From positions 19,559-83,558 of the forward strand of contig JAHILF010000092.1 of assembly GCA_018897105.1 (NCBI GenBank): a stretch of 64,000 bases of DNA, read 5' to 3'. A program made the translations under genes and the position numbers. Numbering within the stretch: the stretch's first letter is position 1; each line of letters begins with the position of its first letter. This DNA comes from Pseudomonadota bacterium. GTDB taxonomy: Bacteria > Desulfobacterota > Desulfobulbia > Desulfobulbales > SURF-16. Shown one piece after another: positions 37,960-46,809 of the stretch. The notes below the pieces were generated by a model that saw nothing but the letters and a program-made list of their open reading frames with translations, was not told where the DNA came from and did not search any database.

Positions 37960-40164
37960 ATGATTGCTGCTTATTTTCCTCAGTCAGTACAAATAAGCTG
38001 TGACGACGGTGATTGCTGTCGTCTCCAGGCATATACTCCGGATGCTGAAGGGAATCAGGCAGGCTGGGACCTGAAGAGAATTTATCTGTTGCTTGATGAG
38101 ACTTTTGAGGGCGCATGCCGTGATTGTCGGAAATTGGGTATAGCGCCACCGGTTCCTTTTGATAAGGATATTCTGCCGATGATTCCCGGATGGCCGCTGC
38201 CGGTCGGTGATTTTCTGGAGGGCGGACAAAAGTTTTCCGGGGATACGCTGAAAGTTTGTCTTATGAACGGCGGCGGAGGCGGGCTTGGTGATGGGATCAT
38301 GTTTGGCTCCGCCCTGGAAATCCTGGCCGGAAAATTGTCGGCGCAGGTCTGCGGCAATGTCGCGCTTGATGTTTATTCTTCTCTTCCTGGCAGGACCCAT
38401 GCCGTGCTGCGGGGAATTCCGTCCGTGCGTGTAAAGGCGTTGCCCATTACCATCTGGGATTACATACAGTATGACGCGCAGGTGGATTGCAGCGGCATGC
38501 TGCAGGATGTGAAGTTTCAGACCTCCCATATGACCGATTTTGTCTTGGACCGTATGGGGCTGGATCCTGGAACAGTCTCTGATGAAGCAAAGGAGCCGGT
38601 GCTTCGTCTTGCCGGGAGGCGAAGTCCTGCGGTAACTGTCGCCCTTGCGCAGGCACGAAAGCAGGCACAGGGCAGGAGGATGGTGGCCGTTATCTTCAGC
38701 AGTGCCCGGGTGCGCACCATGCCGGACCCCCAAGCGGCCGGCTTGATCCGCTTCCTCAGTGAAACGTGTCAGCCGGTTGTCATCATGCCTTCTCACTGTA
38801 ATTCAGGTTTATTCCTGGAACAATACAATCTGGCCGATTCGGTAATTAATCTTTCCATGGTTTCACGCGGTTTTGCCGAGTATATGAGCTTGCTTGCCGG
38901 AATGGATGCCATCGTCAGTGTCGATACCTCGGCTGTCCATATCGGCGGAGCGCTACGTAAGCCCACCGTAGGTATTTTTAACAGTATCAACAAGTTATAC
39001 CGTATACGCTACAGTCCCACCGTGGTCGGCATCCAGCTGGAGTACCGGGGGAAGGGCTGTACGGCCCCCTGCGGCCGGTCAAAGGGGGCGGCTTTTGTGC
39101 AGGGAAATGTGCCCGGCGGAGATTCGGTACGCCTGGAATTCGGCTATGCCTGTGATGAGGCGGTGGACAAGGAGTCCTTGCTGGACCAGGTGATTGAGGA
39201 GCTGCAGCAGATCGATCCTGCCGCTGATCCGGATTCCCAGGTCAATCGGATTTACAGTCATTTCCGGGAAAAGTTTATCAGCGAATACCCTCCGTGCTGG
39301 AATGAGGTGAGTAACGAGACGGTGGCCGCTGCGCTGGAAGAGTCGTTTCGGTTGGCTGACGGTCTTTGTCCGCCTTTTACCTGTCCGGTCTGCCAAAAAA
39401 ATGAATCCCACAGGCCATGTGACCGTTGGCAGGGAATTTTTCGTTATCGCTGTCAAACATGCGGGGCCGATTTTTTCCGCAAAGAGGGTGGGGCTGATGG
39501 TTATGAGGAGGCGAATGGCGCACTGCCGCTGCCGACACCGACTGAGTGTGGCTGTTTTCATGATCTGCTGGCTCAGGTCAGACAGGAAACATGTCTGTGG
39601 ATTGGCACAGGCCGGGATGACTGGGATAATAAGTGGTGGCCGGCAGAGTTTTCCATGAATGCTGACAGGCTCGTCTTCTCTGATGTCCCCCATGTTCAGG
39701 AGGGAGTCTATGGGGGTATAATCGCCCCGGGAGTGCTTGATTTGCACCCGAATCCTCTGCCTTTTTTTGCCGGACTTGTCAGAGCGCTCAGAAATGACGG
39801 CTTGCTCTTTCTGGTCACCATGAACCGAAACTGTTTAGCAAATGAGGTGGCTGATCAGTCCGGTACCGCGCTGACCTATCTGCCCGGGCCGGGGTGGCAG
39901 CTGGAGCTGCTGCTGCTCTTTTGCCAACAGTTGGATACGGAGATTCTCTGGAGCGGGGTTACCACTCTTGAATGGGAAGGGCTTACCGGGGCCTTGGGGC
40001 GAATGGCTCCTTTGACAGTGCGCCCGCCGGATATGCAGAACGTGAGGATACAGTTAACCGGTGAGGAACTTTCCTGGCCTTTTCGAACATATCTCAAACC
40101 AGCGCTGGATGTGGTAAATCAGGGGCGCTACTGCCTTGCCGTGGCCCGTAAGCTGGTTCGTTAA
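37960..40164 (+). CDS. multidomain protein: GT9 (heptosyltransferase-like) glycosyltransferase domain, a Cys4 zinc-ribbon, and a methyltransferase-like C-terminal region
   Basis: LMNGGGGGLGDGIMFGSALEIL and VSVDTSAVHIGGALRKPTVGIF (GT9-type motifs), CPVCQ..x17..CQTCG, and the C-terminal GVLDLHPNPLPFFAGLVRALRNDGLLFLVT. 734 aa. Confidence 0.6.
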   Translation: MIAAYFPQSVQISCDDGDCCRLQAYTPDAEGNQAGWDLKRIYLLLDETFEGACRDCRKLGIAPPVPFDKDILPMIPGWPLPVGDFLEGGQKFSGDTLKVCLMNGGGGGLGDGIMFGSALEILAGKLSAQVCGNVALDVYSSLPGRTHAVLRGIPSVRVKALPITIWDYIQYDAQVDCSGMLQDVKFQTSHMTDFVLDRMGLDPGTVSDEAKEPVLRLAGRRSPAVTVALAQARKQAQGRRMVAVIFSSARVRTMPDPQAAGLIRFLSETCQPVVIMPSHCNSGLFLEQYNLADSVINLSMVSRGFAEYMSLLAGMDAIVSVDTSAVHIGGALRKPTVGIFNSINKLYRIRYSPTVVGIQLEYRGKGCTAPCGRSKGAAFVQGNVPGGDSVRLEFGYACDEAVDKESLLDQVIEELQQIDPAADPDSQVNRIYSHFREKFISEYPPCWNEVSNETVAAALEESFRLADGLCPPFTCPVCQKNESHRPCDRWQGIFRYRCQTCGADFFRKEGGADGYEEANGALPLPTPTECGCFHDLLAQVRQETCLWIGTGRDDWDNKWWPAEFSMNADRLVFSDVPHVQEGVYGGIIAPGVLDLHPNPLPFFAGLVRALRNDGLLFLVTMNRNCLANEVADQSGTALTYLPGPGWQLELLLLFCQQLDTEILWSGVTTLEWEGLTGALGRMAPLTVRPPDMQNVRIQLTGEELSWPFRTYLKPALDVVNQGRYCLAVARKLVR

Positions 40165-40184
40165 CAATATAAAGGAGCAAGCGA

Positions 40185-40781
40185 GTGTGGGAACAAAGTA
40201 AAGCCGCGAAACGACGCTTTGGCATCGGAGCTTTTCATAACCGTTACTTTGTCGGGCATGGAATAGATGTGGGGGGTAAGCCGGATCCCCTTGGCCAGTA
40301 TGCCGGAATTTTTGCCAGAATGGCATCCTGCCGAACCTGGGATATTGAGGATGGTGATGCCCAGCTTATGAAAGGGGTGGTTGATAATCAGTATGATTTT
40401 CTGCACGCCAGCCATTGTCTGGAGCACATGGTTGATGTGGACGAGGCGATGGCCAATTGGATTCGTATTGTCAAGCCCGGTGGATTTCTGATTATTACAG
40501 TACCGGAAGAAGATCTTTACGAGATCGGCAACTGGCCCAGCAAGTTCAATCCTGATCACAAGTGGACATTTGCGATCATGAAAGAAAAAAGCTGGTCGGA
40601 AAAATCGATAAACGTGGTTGATTTACTGCGGAGATATGTCGGTTTGATAGAAGTGGAAAAAGTTGAACTCATACGTGATTTTTTCCGGGATTCATGGGTG
40701 CGGGAGCAGATTGATCAGACCAGAACCCCGGTAGCGGAATGCTGCATTGAAATTATCTTACAGAAAAATGGAGGAAAATGA
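40185..40781 (+). CDS. SAM-dependent methyltransferase (Methyltransf_11/23-like)
   Basis: FLHASHCLEHMVDVDEAMANWIRIVKPGGFLIITVP. GTG start, 8 nt after AAAGGAG. Confidence 0.6.
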   Translation: MWEQSKAAKRRFGIGAFHNRYFVGHGIDVGGKPDPLGQYAGIFARMASCRTWDIEDGDAQLMKGVVDNQYDFLHASHCLEHMVDVDEAMANWIRIVKPGGFLIITVPEEDLYEIGNWPSKFNPDHKWTFAIMKEKSWSEKSINVVDLLRRYVGLIEVEKVELIRDFFRDSWVREQIDQTRTPVAECCIEIILQKNGGK

Positions 40782-41824
40782 TGACGATCATCAGCGGCTC
40801 AGTCGCCAAACAACTCATTAAGGGTGCATTGTTAAAAGAAAATGTTGATCAACAGGTGGCTGAATATGTAGCCGAAGGACTTACCTCAACCTCCTTGAGA
40901 GGTGTTGATTCCCATGGGATCAGGCTCATTCATCATTATCTTGCCGGGGTCAAATCAGGTCGCATCAACCCCCGTCCGGTATATAAAATTGAAAAGAAAA
41001 TGGCCACGGCGGCGGTACTGGATGCGGATGACACCTTCGGACATGCCGCCTGTATGGAGGCTACCAGAGTGGCCGTGGAAATGGCCGGTGAGTTCGGCAG
41101 CGGCCATGTGGCAGTGAGAAATTCAACCCATTTCGGTGCGGCCGCCTACTATTCGATTGAAATTGCCAGGCAGGATATGGTGGGTATGAGTTTTACCCAC
41201 TCGGATTCTCTCATCATTCCCACCAACGGCAAGCGAAGTTTTTTAGGCAACAATCCAATCTGTTTTGCCGCTCCTGTCAAAAATGAAGAACCCTTTTGCC
41301 TGGATATGGCCACCAGCATTACCACATTCAATGAGATCCGCCGCCTGCGGGAAACCGGGGGAACCGCCCCTGAAGGAGTAGGGGCGGACAGTGAAGGCAG
41401 ACCAAGCACCGACCCGAACCAGATCACCATGCTTACCCCGGTGGGGGGTTATAAGGGATATGGACTCAGTCTGATGGTGGAGATTCTGTGCTCGATGATG
41501 ACCGGGATGAATTATGGGCCGCATATCTCCAAAATGTTCGAAAAGCTGGAGAATAAACGACATCTTGGCCAGTTTGTCAGCGCTCTCAATATCTCGGCCT
41601 TTCAGGAAGTTGATGTTTTTAAAGAGCGCATGTCACTGCTGGTAAACGAGCTGAGAAACGAACCGACCCTGGAGCCCGGCAAGCAGGTCATGGTGGCCGA
41701 TGATCCGCAGAAACGAAATTTTGCCCGCCGCAGCAAAGAGGGAATTCCGGTCACTGAGGCGGAACTGGCTCAGTTCAGGAAATTGAACGAAACATATAAA
41801 CTGAACGTGGAGTTGGGCTCATGA
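40778..41824 (+). CDS. Ldh_2-family (malate/L-lactate/2-keto-acid) NAD(P)H-dependent dehydrogenase
   Basis: SLRGVDSHGIRLIHHYL..HFGAAAYY..GGYKGYGLSLMVEIL, typical of Ldh_2. ATGA overlap with the upstream stop. Confidence 0.75.
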   Translation: MMTIISGSVAKQLIKGALLKENVDQQVAEYVAEGLTSTSLRGVDSHGIRLIHHYLAGVKSGRINPRPVYKIEKKMATAAVLDADDTFGHAACMEATRVAVEMAGEFGSGHVAVRNSTHFGAAAYYSIEIARQDMVGMSFTHSDSLIIPTNGKRSFLGNNPICFAAPVKNEEPFCLDMATSITTFNEIRRLRETGGTAPEGVGADSEGRPSTDPNQITMLTPVGGYKGYGLSLMVEILCSMMTGMNYGPHISKMFEKLENKRHLGQFVSALNISAFQEVDVFKERMSLLVNELRNEPTLEPGKQVMVADDPQKRNFARRSKEGIPVTEAELAQFRKLNETYKLNVELGS

Positions 41825-42555
41825 TCGGCAAAGAGAAAATTATTGCCATGATTCCGGCCCGGATCGGCAGCACCCGGCTGCCCATGAAAAATCTCGCCTT
41901 GATCGACGGTGCGCCGATGATTTCCTACGCCATCATGGCAGCAAAAAAATCTGGGGTGTTTGACCGGATCGTCATTAATGGTGATGATCCGCTGTTCAAC
42001 AGGATCGCTGAACGTTACGGGGTGGAGTTTTATCTGCGTCCCAAAGAGCTTGGCAGTTCAACAACGAAATCAGATTTTGTGGTGCAAGATTTCATGCTGA
42101 AGCACCCTGCGGATATTCTCTGCTGGGTAAACCCGACTTCTCCTTTGCAGACCGGCAGCGAAATCAGGGCGGTGGTGGACCATTTTATCCAGGAAAAGCT
42201 GGATACCTTGATCACGGTGAACAGGGAACAGGTCCATGCAAGTTTTCAGGGCAGGCCGATAAATTACAACCCGGATGAGGTTTTTGCCCAGACCCAGGAC
42301 CTGATGCCGGTGGATGTCTTTGTTTATTCGGTGATGGCCTGGAGAAACAAGGCCTTTCTCGCGGAATTCAATAAAAAAGGGCAGGCTTTTTTTGTCGGAA
42401 AGTTTGGGGTGTACCCGGTCTCCAAGATGTCCGGCATCATCATCAAGCGCAAAGAGGACCTGAAATTGGTGGAAAGTATTGTAAAGTCATTGAAAGACAG
42501 TGGTTCGGACACTCTTTGCTATGATCCCCTGGCTGAGGAGCGGGCACATGGCTGA
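41821..42555 (+). CDS. acylneuraminate (CMP-nonulosonate/CMP-sugar) cytidylyltransferase-family protein
   Basis: IAMIPARIGSTRLPMKNLALIDGAPMISYAIMAAKKSGVFDRIVINGDD, the CTP_transf_3 N-terminal signature. ATGA overlap with the upstream stop. Confidence 0.8.
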   Translation: MIGKEKIIAMIPARIGSTRLPMKNLALIDGAPMISYAIMAAKKSGVFDRIVINGDDPLFNRIAERYGVEFYLRPKELGSSTTKSDFVVQDFMLKHPADILCWVNPTSPLQTGSEIRAVVDHFIQEKLDTLITVNREQVHASFQGRPINYNPDEVFAQTQDLMPVDVFVYSVMAWRNKAFLAEFNKKGQAFFVGKFGVYPVSKMSGIIIKRKEDLKLVESIVKSLKDSGSDTLCYDPLAEERAHG

Positions 42556-43756
42556 CCAGGGCCGTGCCATTGATCTGCTGATTGTCGGCGCCGGCATGTA
42601 TGTCTGCGGCAAGGGCACTGACGGCTACGGCACCATTCTGCCGGCAGCTTTGGAGGCATGCCGGGCCGGTGTGGTGGGTCGTATTCATATAGCCGCCCAG
42701 TCTGGAAAAAGCGCCCAAGCAGCCCTGGCAAAGGCGGAAGAATTACGCAAGCTAATGGGGGTTGATGCCGAGGTTGCCGTCTCTCCCCAGGGAACAGAGC
42801 ATGACAGTCGTGCCTATATCAAAGCGGCCGAGGCCCTTTCCCCGGACAGTGCGGCAATTATATCCGTGCCGGATCACCTGCATTTTGACATTACCAGGCA
42901 GCTCATTGAACGAAAGATTCATGTGCAGGTGGTGAAGCCTCTTGTCCCGGGGATTAAAGAGACAAGAGAACTTATTGCCCTGAAAAAAAAGTGGAATGTC
43001 CTCGGCCTGGTGGAATTTCATAAGCGGTTTGATGAGTCGAATCTGAAACTCCGCGAATTGATCGAACGTGATGAGCTTGGTGAGTTGTTGAATTTCAGAA
43101 TTCAATATAGCCAGCGCAAGATTATTCCCACCCGCGCCTTCCGCAACTGGGTTGAACAGACCGATATTCTCCAGTATCTGGGGGTTCATTACGTTGACCT
43201 CATCCATTTCCTCACAGGGGCAAAGCCGATGCGGGTCATGTCCTACGGCTTGAAAAAGCATCTGGTGCAAGAGGGAATTAATACCTTTGACACGATCCAG
43301 ACCCTCATAGAGTGGAGGCGGGGTAAAGACGGGGATTTCCTCTCCTCTCATCTGACCGGATGGGTTGATGCGGACACATCCAGTGCCATGTCAGACCAGC
43401 GTCTTGAAGTGCAGGGCACCAGGGGACGTTGCCTGGTGGACCAGAAAAACCGTGGGGTCAGCCTGTCTCTGGACGGTAAAGGGGTCGAGGATATCAATCC
43501 CTATTTTACCCAGTTGTACGCGGCAATTGACGGCAAAAACAAGCGAGCCGCCGGCTATGGACCTGAGAGTATTCTCAGTTTCCTGCGTGATGTGCAAAAT
43601 ATCAAAAACGGGGTCAGCCAGCCCGCCGGTCTCGGCGGCTTGCGGGCGACCTTTGAGTCTTCCCTGTATGTCGCCGCAGTGCTGGAGGCGTCTCGGATAA
43701 GTCTGGATAGTAAAAACTGTTGGGTTGATGCGAGCCCCCTATGGGCCGAGGTGTGA
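42548..43756 (+). CDS. Gfo/Idh/MocA-family oxidoreductase
   Basis: LLIVGAGMY Rossmann start, VQVVKPL (EKP-like motif), and HKRFD. ATG 42548 overlaps the upstream stop by 8 nt. Confidence 0.7.
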   Translation: MADQGRAIDLLIVGAGMYVCGKGTDGYGTILPAALEACRAGVVGRIHIAAQSGKSAQAALAKAEELRKLMGVDAEVAVSPQGTEHDSRAYIKAAEALSPDSAAIISVPDHLHFDITRQLIERKIHVQVVKPLVPGIKETRELIALKKKWNVLGLVEFHKRFDESNLKLRELIERDELGELLNFRIQYSQRKIIPTRAFRNWVEQTDILQYLGVHYVDLIHFLTGAKPMRVMSYGLKKHLVQEGINTFDTIQTLIEWRRGKDGDFLSSHLTGWVDADTSSAMSDQRLEVQGTRGRCLVDQKNRGVSLSLDGKGVEDINPYFTQLYAAIDGKNKRAAGYGPESILSFLRDVQNIKNGVSQPAGLGGLRATFESSLYVAAVLEASRISLDSKNCWVDASPLWAEV

Positions 43757-43758
43757 AT

Positions 43759-45105
43759 ATGAAAGTATCGATAATTGTCAGAACCAAAAACGAGGAGAGA
43801 TGGATTTCTTCCTGCCTGAAGGCCGTGTACTCCCAGGATTTCCAGGACTTTGAAGTCATCATTGTGGACAATGAGAGCAGTGATTCCACCTTGGCCAAGG
43901 TGGGACAGTTCCCGGTGAAAAAAATTCTCGCCTGCACGGATTACCTGCCGGGCAAGGCCCTCAATATCGGCATTGCGGCGGCTGAAGGGGAGTTCATTGT
44001 CTGCCTGTCGGGCCATTGTATTCCGACAAACTCATCCTGGCTCGGCAATCTCTATCGTAATATGGAAGATCCGGAAGTTGCCGGGGTTTATGGCCGGCAG
44101 GAGCCCCTGTCCTTTACCCCACCAGCGGATAAGCGGGATCTGATGATTGTCTTCGGCCCGGAACGCCGGGTGCAGAAAAAAGACAGTTTTTTTCATAACG
44201 CCAACAGCATGATCAGAAAAGAAATTCTGGACCGATATCCCTTTGACGATAAAATTACCAATATAGAAGACCGGGTATGGGCCCAGGTCGTCATAAATCG
44301 CGGCTATACCATTGTTTATGAGCCGGAAGCCAGTGTTTACCATCATCACGGCATTCATCAGGACGGCAACCAGCAGCGCTGCCAGAATGTGGTCAAAATA
44401 CTGGAGAGCCTTAATGGCAATGCCTACCAGCAGGACCATATGCACCGGTTGCAGGATCTGAATATTGTCTCTTTTATTCCAGTGAAGGGGTTCTTAAAGT
44501 CCCTGGGTGGAAAGCCATTGCTGGAATATGCCATCCGTGCCTCCCGGGAATCAAAATACATCAAATCGACTATTGTCGCGGCGGATGAGGAGCAGGTCCT
44601 TCGAAGCGCGGAAGATATGGGAGCGGAAAAGACCTTGCTCAGGGACCAGTCGCTGTCTCAGGAATATGTCGGTCTGGAAAAGGTCTATAAGTTTATTCTG
44701 CAGCAGCTTGAGGCGGAACACAATTTTCCTGATATCATTGTTCTGCTGGAAACAACCTATCCGTTTCGGGATGCCAAATTGATAGATGATCTGGTGGACA
44801 GGCTGGTCTTTCAGGGGCTTGATACTATTTTACCCGCAAAAATCGAGAATAATGCCATCTGGGTTGATGGCGAAGACGGCATGAAGCGGGTTGATGGCGG
44901 CTTTATTCCCCGTAATTTAAAAAGTCCGGTTTATTTGAGCTATAAGGGCCTCTGTTGCGTGACCAGGCCTGAATTTATCCGTAACGAAGAAATTCTCGGG
45001 GAGAATATCGGTGTGATGAAAATTGATAACCCCTATTATTGCATGGAATTCCGGGATGACAAGGATTGGCAGATGCCTGATATGAGTATTTTTCACGTCA
45101 ATTAA
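43759..45105 (+). CDS. fusion of a GT2 glycosyltransferase (N-terminal) and a cytidylyltransferase (C-terminal)
   Basis: N-terminus: VSIIVRTKNEERWISSCL..VIIVDNESSDST..CLSGHC. C-terminus: IVSFIPVKGFLKSLGGKPLLEYAI..IIVLLETTYPFRD (CTP_transf_3-like). Confidence 0.7.
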   Translation: MKVSIIVRTKNEERWISSCLKAVYSQDFQDFEVIIVDNESSDSTLAKVGQFPVKKILACTDYLPGKALNIGIAAAEGEFIVCLSGHCIPTNSSWLGNLYRNMEDPEVAGVYGRQEPLSFTPPADKRDLMIVFGPERRVQKKDSFFHNANSMIRKEILDRYPFDDKITNIEDRVWAQVVINRGYTIVYEPEASVYHHHGIHQDGNQQRCQNVVKILESLNGNAYQQDHMHRLQDLNIVSFIPVKGFLKSLGGKPLLEYAIRASRESKYIKSTIVAADEEQVLRSAEDMGAEKTLLRDQSLSQEYVGLEKVYKFILQQLEAEHNFPDIIVLLETTYPFRDAKLIDDLVDRLVFQGLDTILPAKIENNAIWVDGEDGMKRVDGGFIPRNLKSPVYLSYKGLCCVTRPEFIRNEEILGENIGVMKIDNPYYCMEFRDDKDWQMPDMSIFHVN

Positions 45106-45168
45106 GGGTGTTAATTCAGGTATTACATCTGAAAGAACCGGTACTCTTGTGCCGCTGGAGCAGAGCCG

Positions 45169-46656
45169 ATGAAAAAAATGAGAGATGTAAGGGTGTTGCT
45201 TGTGTCTCCCAATGTTTTGGGACTGAAGGACGGCATTAATCGCATTCAACCCGGACTGGGGATCATGTATATCGCCGCTGTCCTTGAGCAGCGAGGGTGT
45301 GAGGTGGCGATATATGATTCCGCCCTCGAAGGTTATGAGCGGCAGGTTGAAGTTCCCGGCAGGCCGAATATTGTCGAGATTGGCGATACTGATGAGGCCA
45401 TTGTTCGGCGTATTATGACTTTCAAGCCCGATATGGTCGGCATTTCGGTGCTTTTTTATAATCAGTCCCCCCAGGCGTATCATCTGGCTAAATTAGTCAA
45501 AGGGTTTGACGACACTATTCCGGTTGTCGTGGGCGGCAACCAGGTTGCCGAGGAATATTCCGGGCTCATGCAAAATGAGAATTTCGATTTTGCCATGATC
45601 ACCGAAAGCGATCTTAACTTTGCGGATTTTGTCGAACGCTACTTTTCCGGTGGCGATTTTCATGCTGTTCCCGGACTGGTTTATCGAAAGGGAGACGCCC
45701 TGGCGGTAAATCCCGCCGGTGGTATTGTCAAAAATTTAAACGAGCTGCCTTTTCCGGCAAGACATCTTGTCAACATGGAGAAGTATTTTCAAATCAGCAT
45801 GTTTCATAATCCCTATTCCCGTCATCCCCGAGTCGGCAATGTCATGACCTCACGCGGATGTCCGGAAAAATGCACTTTCTGCACAACGCCTCTTCGTTGG
45901 GGGAAAAACATCCGCTGGCGGTCAGCGGAAAATGTCTATCAGGAGATTCTGCAGTTAAAAGAACAATACGGCGTCGGCGAAATCCAATTTGAGGATGATT
46001 CCCTTACCTTAAACATTAAAAATCTGTTTACCCTCTGTGATCTCATCGGCCCTTTGGGGTTAAGCTGGAATACCGTCAACGGCATTCGGGCTGATTATCA
46101 TGGCGGGCAAAAGGGGAAGCAGGAGCGGATGTTCCGAAAAATGGCTGAAGCCGGTTGTTATCAGGTTTGTCTCGGCGTGGAGACCGGAAACCAGGACCTT
46201 CTTGACAACCTGCTAAATAAACACCTGGATCTCCATGCGGTTGAGCCCTGTGTAACTGCGGCAAAAAAAGCAGGTCTTGCTGTCCATCTTTTTCTGATGG
46301 TGGGCTTTCCCGGTGAAACCATTGAGCAGATGCATAATACGATCAGATTTGCCGAAGGCCTCGATGTGGACAGCTGTTCCATCTCAATTTACTCGCCCTT
46401 GCCGGGAACGCGGCTTTATGACTATGCTGTCAGCAATAATTATCTTGTCGATGGATTCAGCAAAGACAACATTTTGTTTGCCAAGGCAAACATCAAGGTT
46501 CCCGGCATGACTTCCGAAGAATTTGAGGAACAGGTGGTAAAATGGACCAACAGGCTCAATAACCGGCTGAAAGAAAAATCACCGGCGCAATACCGGGAAA
46601 AATATGCGAAATTTCTGAACGAAGATAACACGTTCCTTTTCAGGAAGCATTCTTGA
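45169..46656 (+). CDS. B12-binding-domain radical SAM enzyme (class B rSAM)
   Basis: DMVGISVLF..VVVGGNQVAEE and MTSRGCPEKCTFC. Confidence 0.9.
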   Translation: MKKMRDVRVLLVSPNVLGLKDGINRIQPGLGIMYIAAVLEQRGCEVAIYDSALEGYERQVEVPGRPNIVEIGDTDEAIVRRIMTFKPDMVGISVLFYNQSPQAYHLAKLVKGFDDTIPVVVGGNQVAEEYSGLMQNENFDFAMITESDLNFADFVERYFSGGDFHAVPGLVYRKGDALAVNPAGGIVKNLNELPFPARHLVNMEKYFQISMFHNPYSRHPRVGNVMTSRGCPEKCTFCTTPLRWGKNIRWRSAENVYQEILQLKEQYGVGEIQFEDDSLTLNIKNLFTLCDLIGPLGLSWNTVNGIRADYHGGQKGKQERMFRKMAEAGCYQVCLGVETGNQDLLDNLLNKHLDLHAVEPCVTAAKKAGLAVHLFLMVGFPGETIEQMHNTIRFAEGLDVDSCSISIYSPLPGTRLYDYAVSNNYLVDGFSKDNILFAKANIKVPGMTSEEFEEQVVKWTNRLNNRLKEKSPAQYREKYAKFLNEDNTFLFRKHS

Positions 46657-46809
46657 TGACGTGATATTTTCTTTTTAGCCGCAATGCAGTAATCGGGCAA
46701 AAGAGCAGTTTCTCAAGGTTCCCATTAAATCAATGAGTTCCGGAGCCAGAGACTGGTGAAATCGTAACTGCTACGAGTTCGCTAATAATTCTTGAGTAAG
46801 GAGAGTGTG

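Noticed and set aside
37932-38003. Cys-rich 23-aa mini-ORF (MASCYYWCLHDCCLFSSVSTNKL), considered as a possible RiPP precursor for the rSAM enzymes.
   Set aside because: It has no Shine-Dalgarno sequence, overlaps the 37960 CDS out of frame, and lies downstream of rather than within the rSAM operon. Nothing supports translation. No other plausible precursor ORF was found in the short intergenic gaps.
37984-38796. Long antisense ORFs in the track: 37984-38796 (270 aa), 30956-31780 (274 aa), 39079-39747 (222 aa), 29818-30459 (213 aa), 42752-43351 (199 aa) and 44917-45483 (188 aa).
   Set aside because: Each lies entirely inside, and antisense to, a CDS with clear family motifs. Their translations are low-complexity and rich in Arg, Pro and Gly with no recognisable motif. 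They are typical shadow ORFs in the more GC-rich genes.
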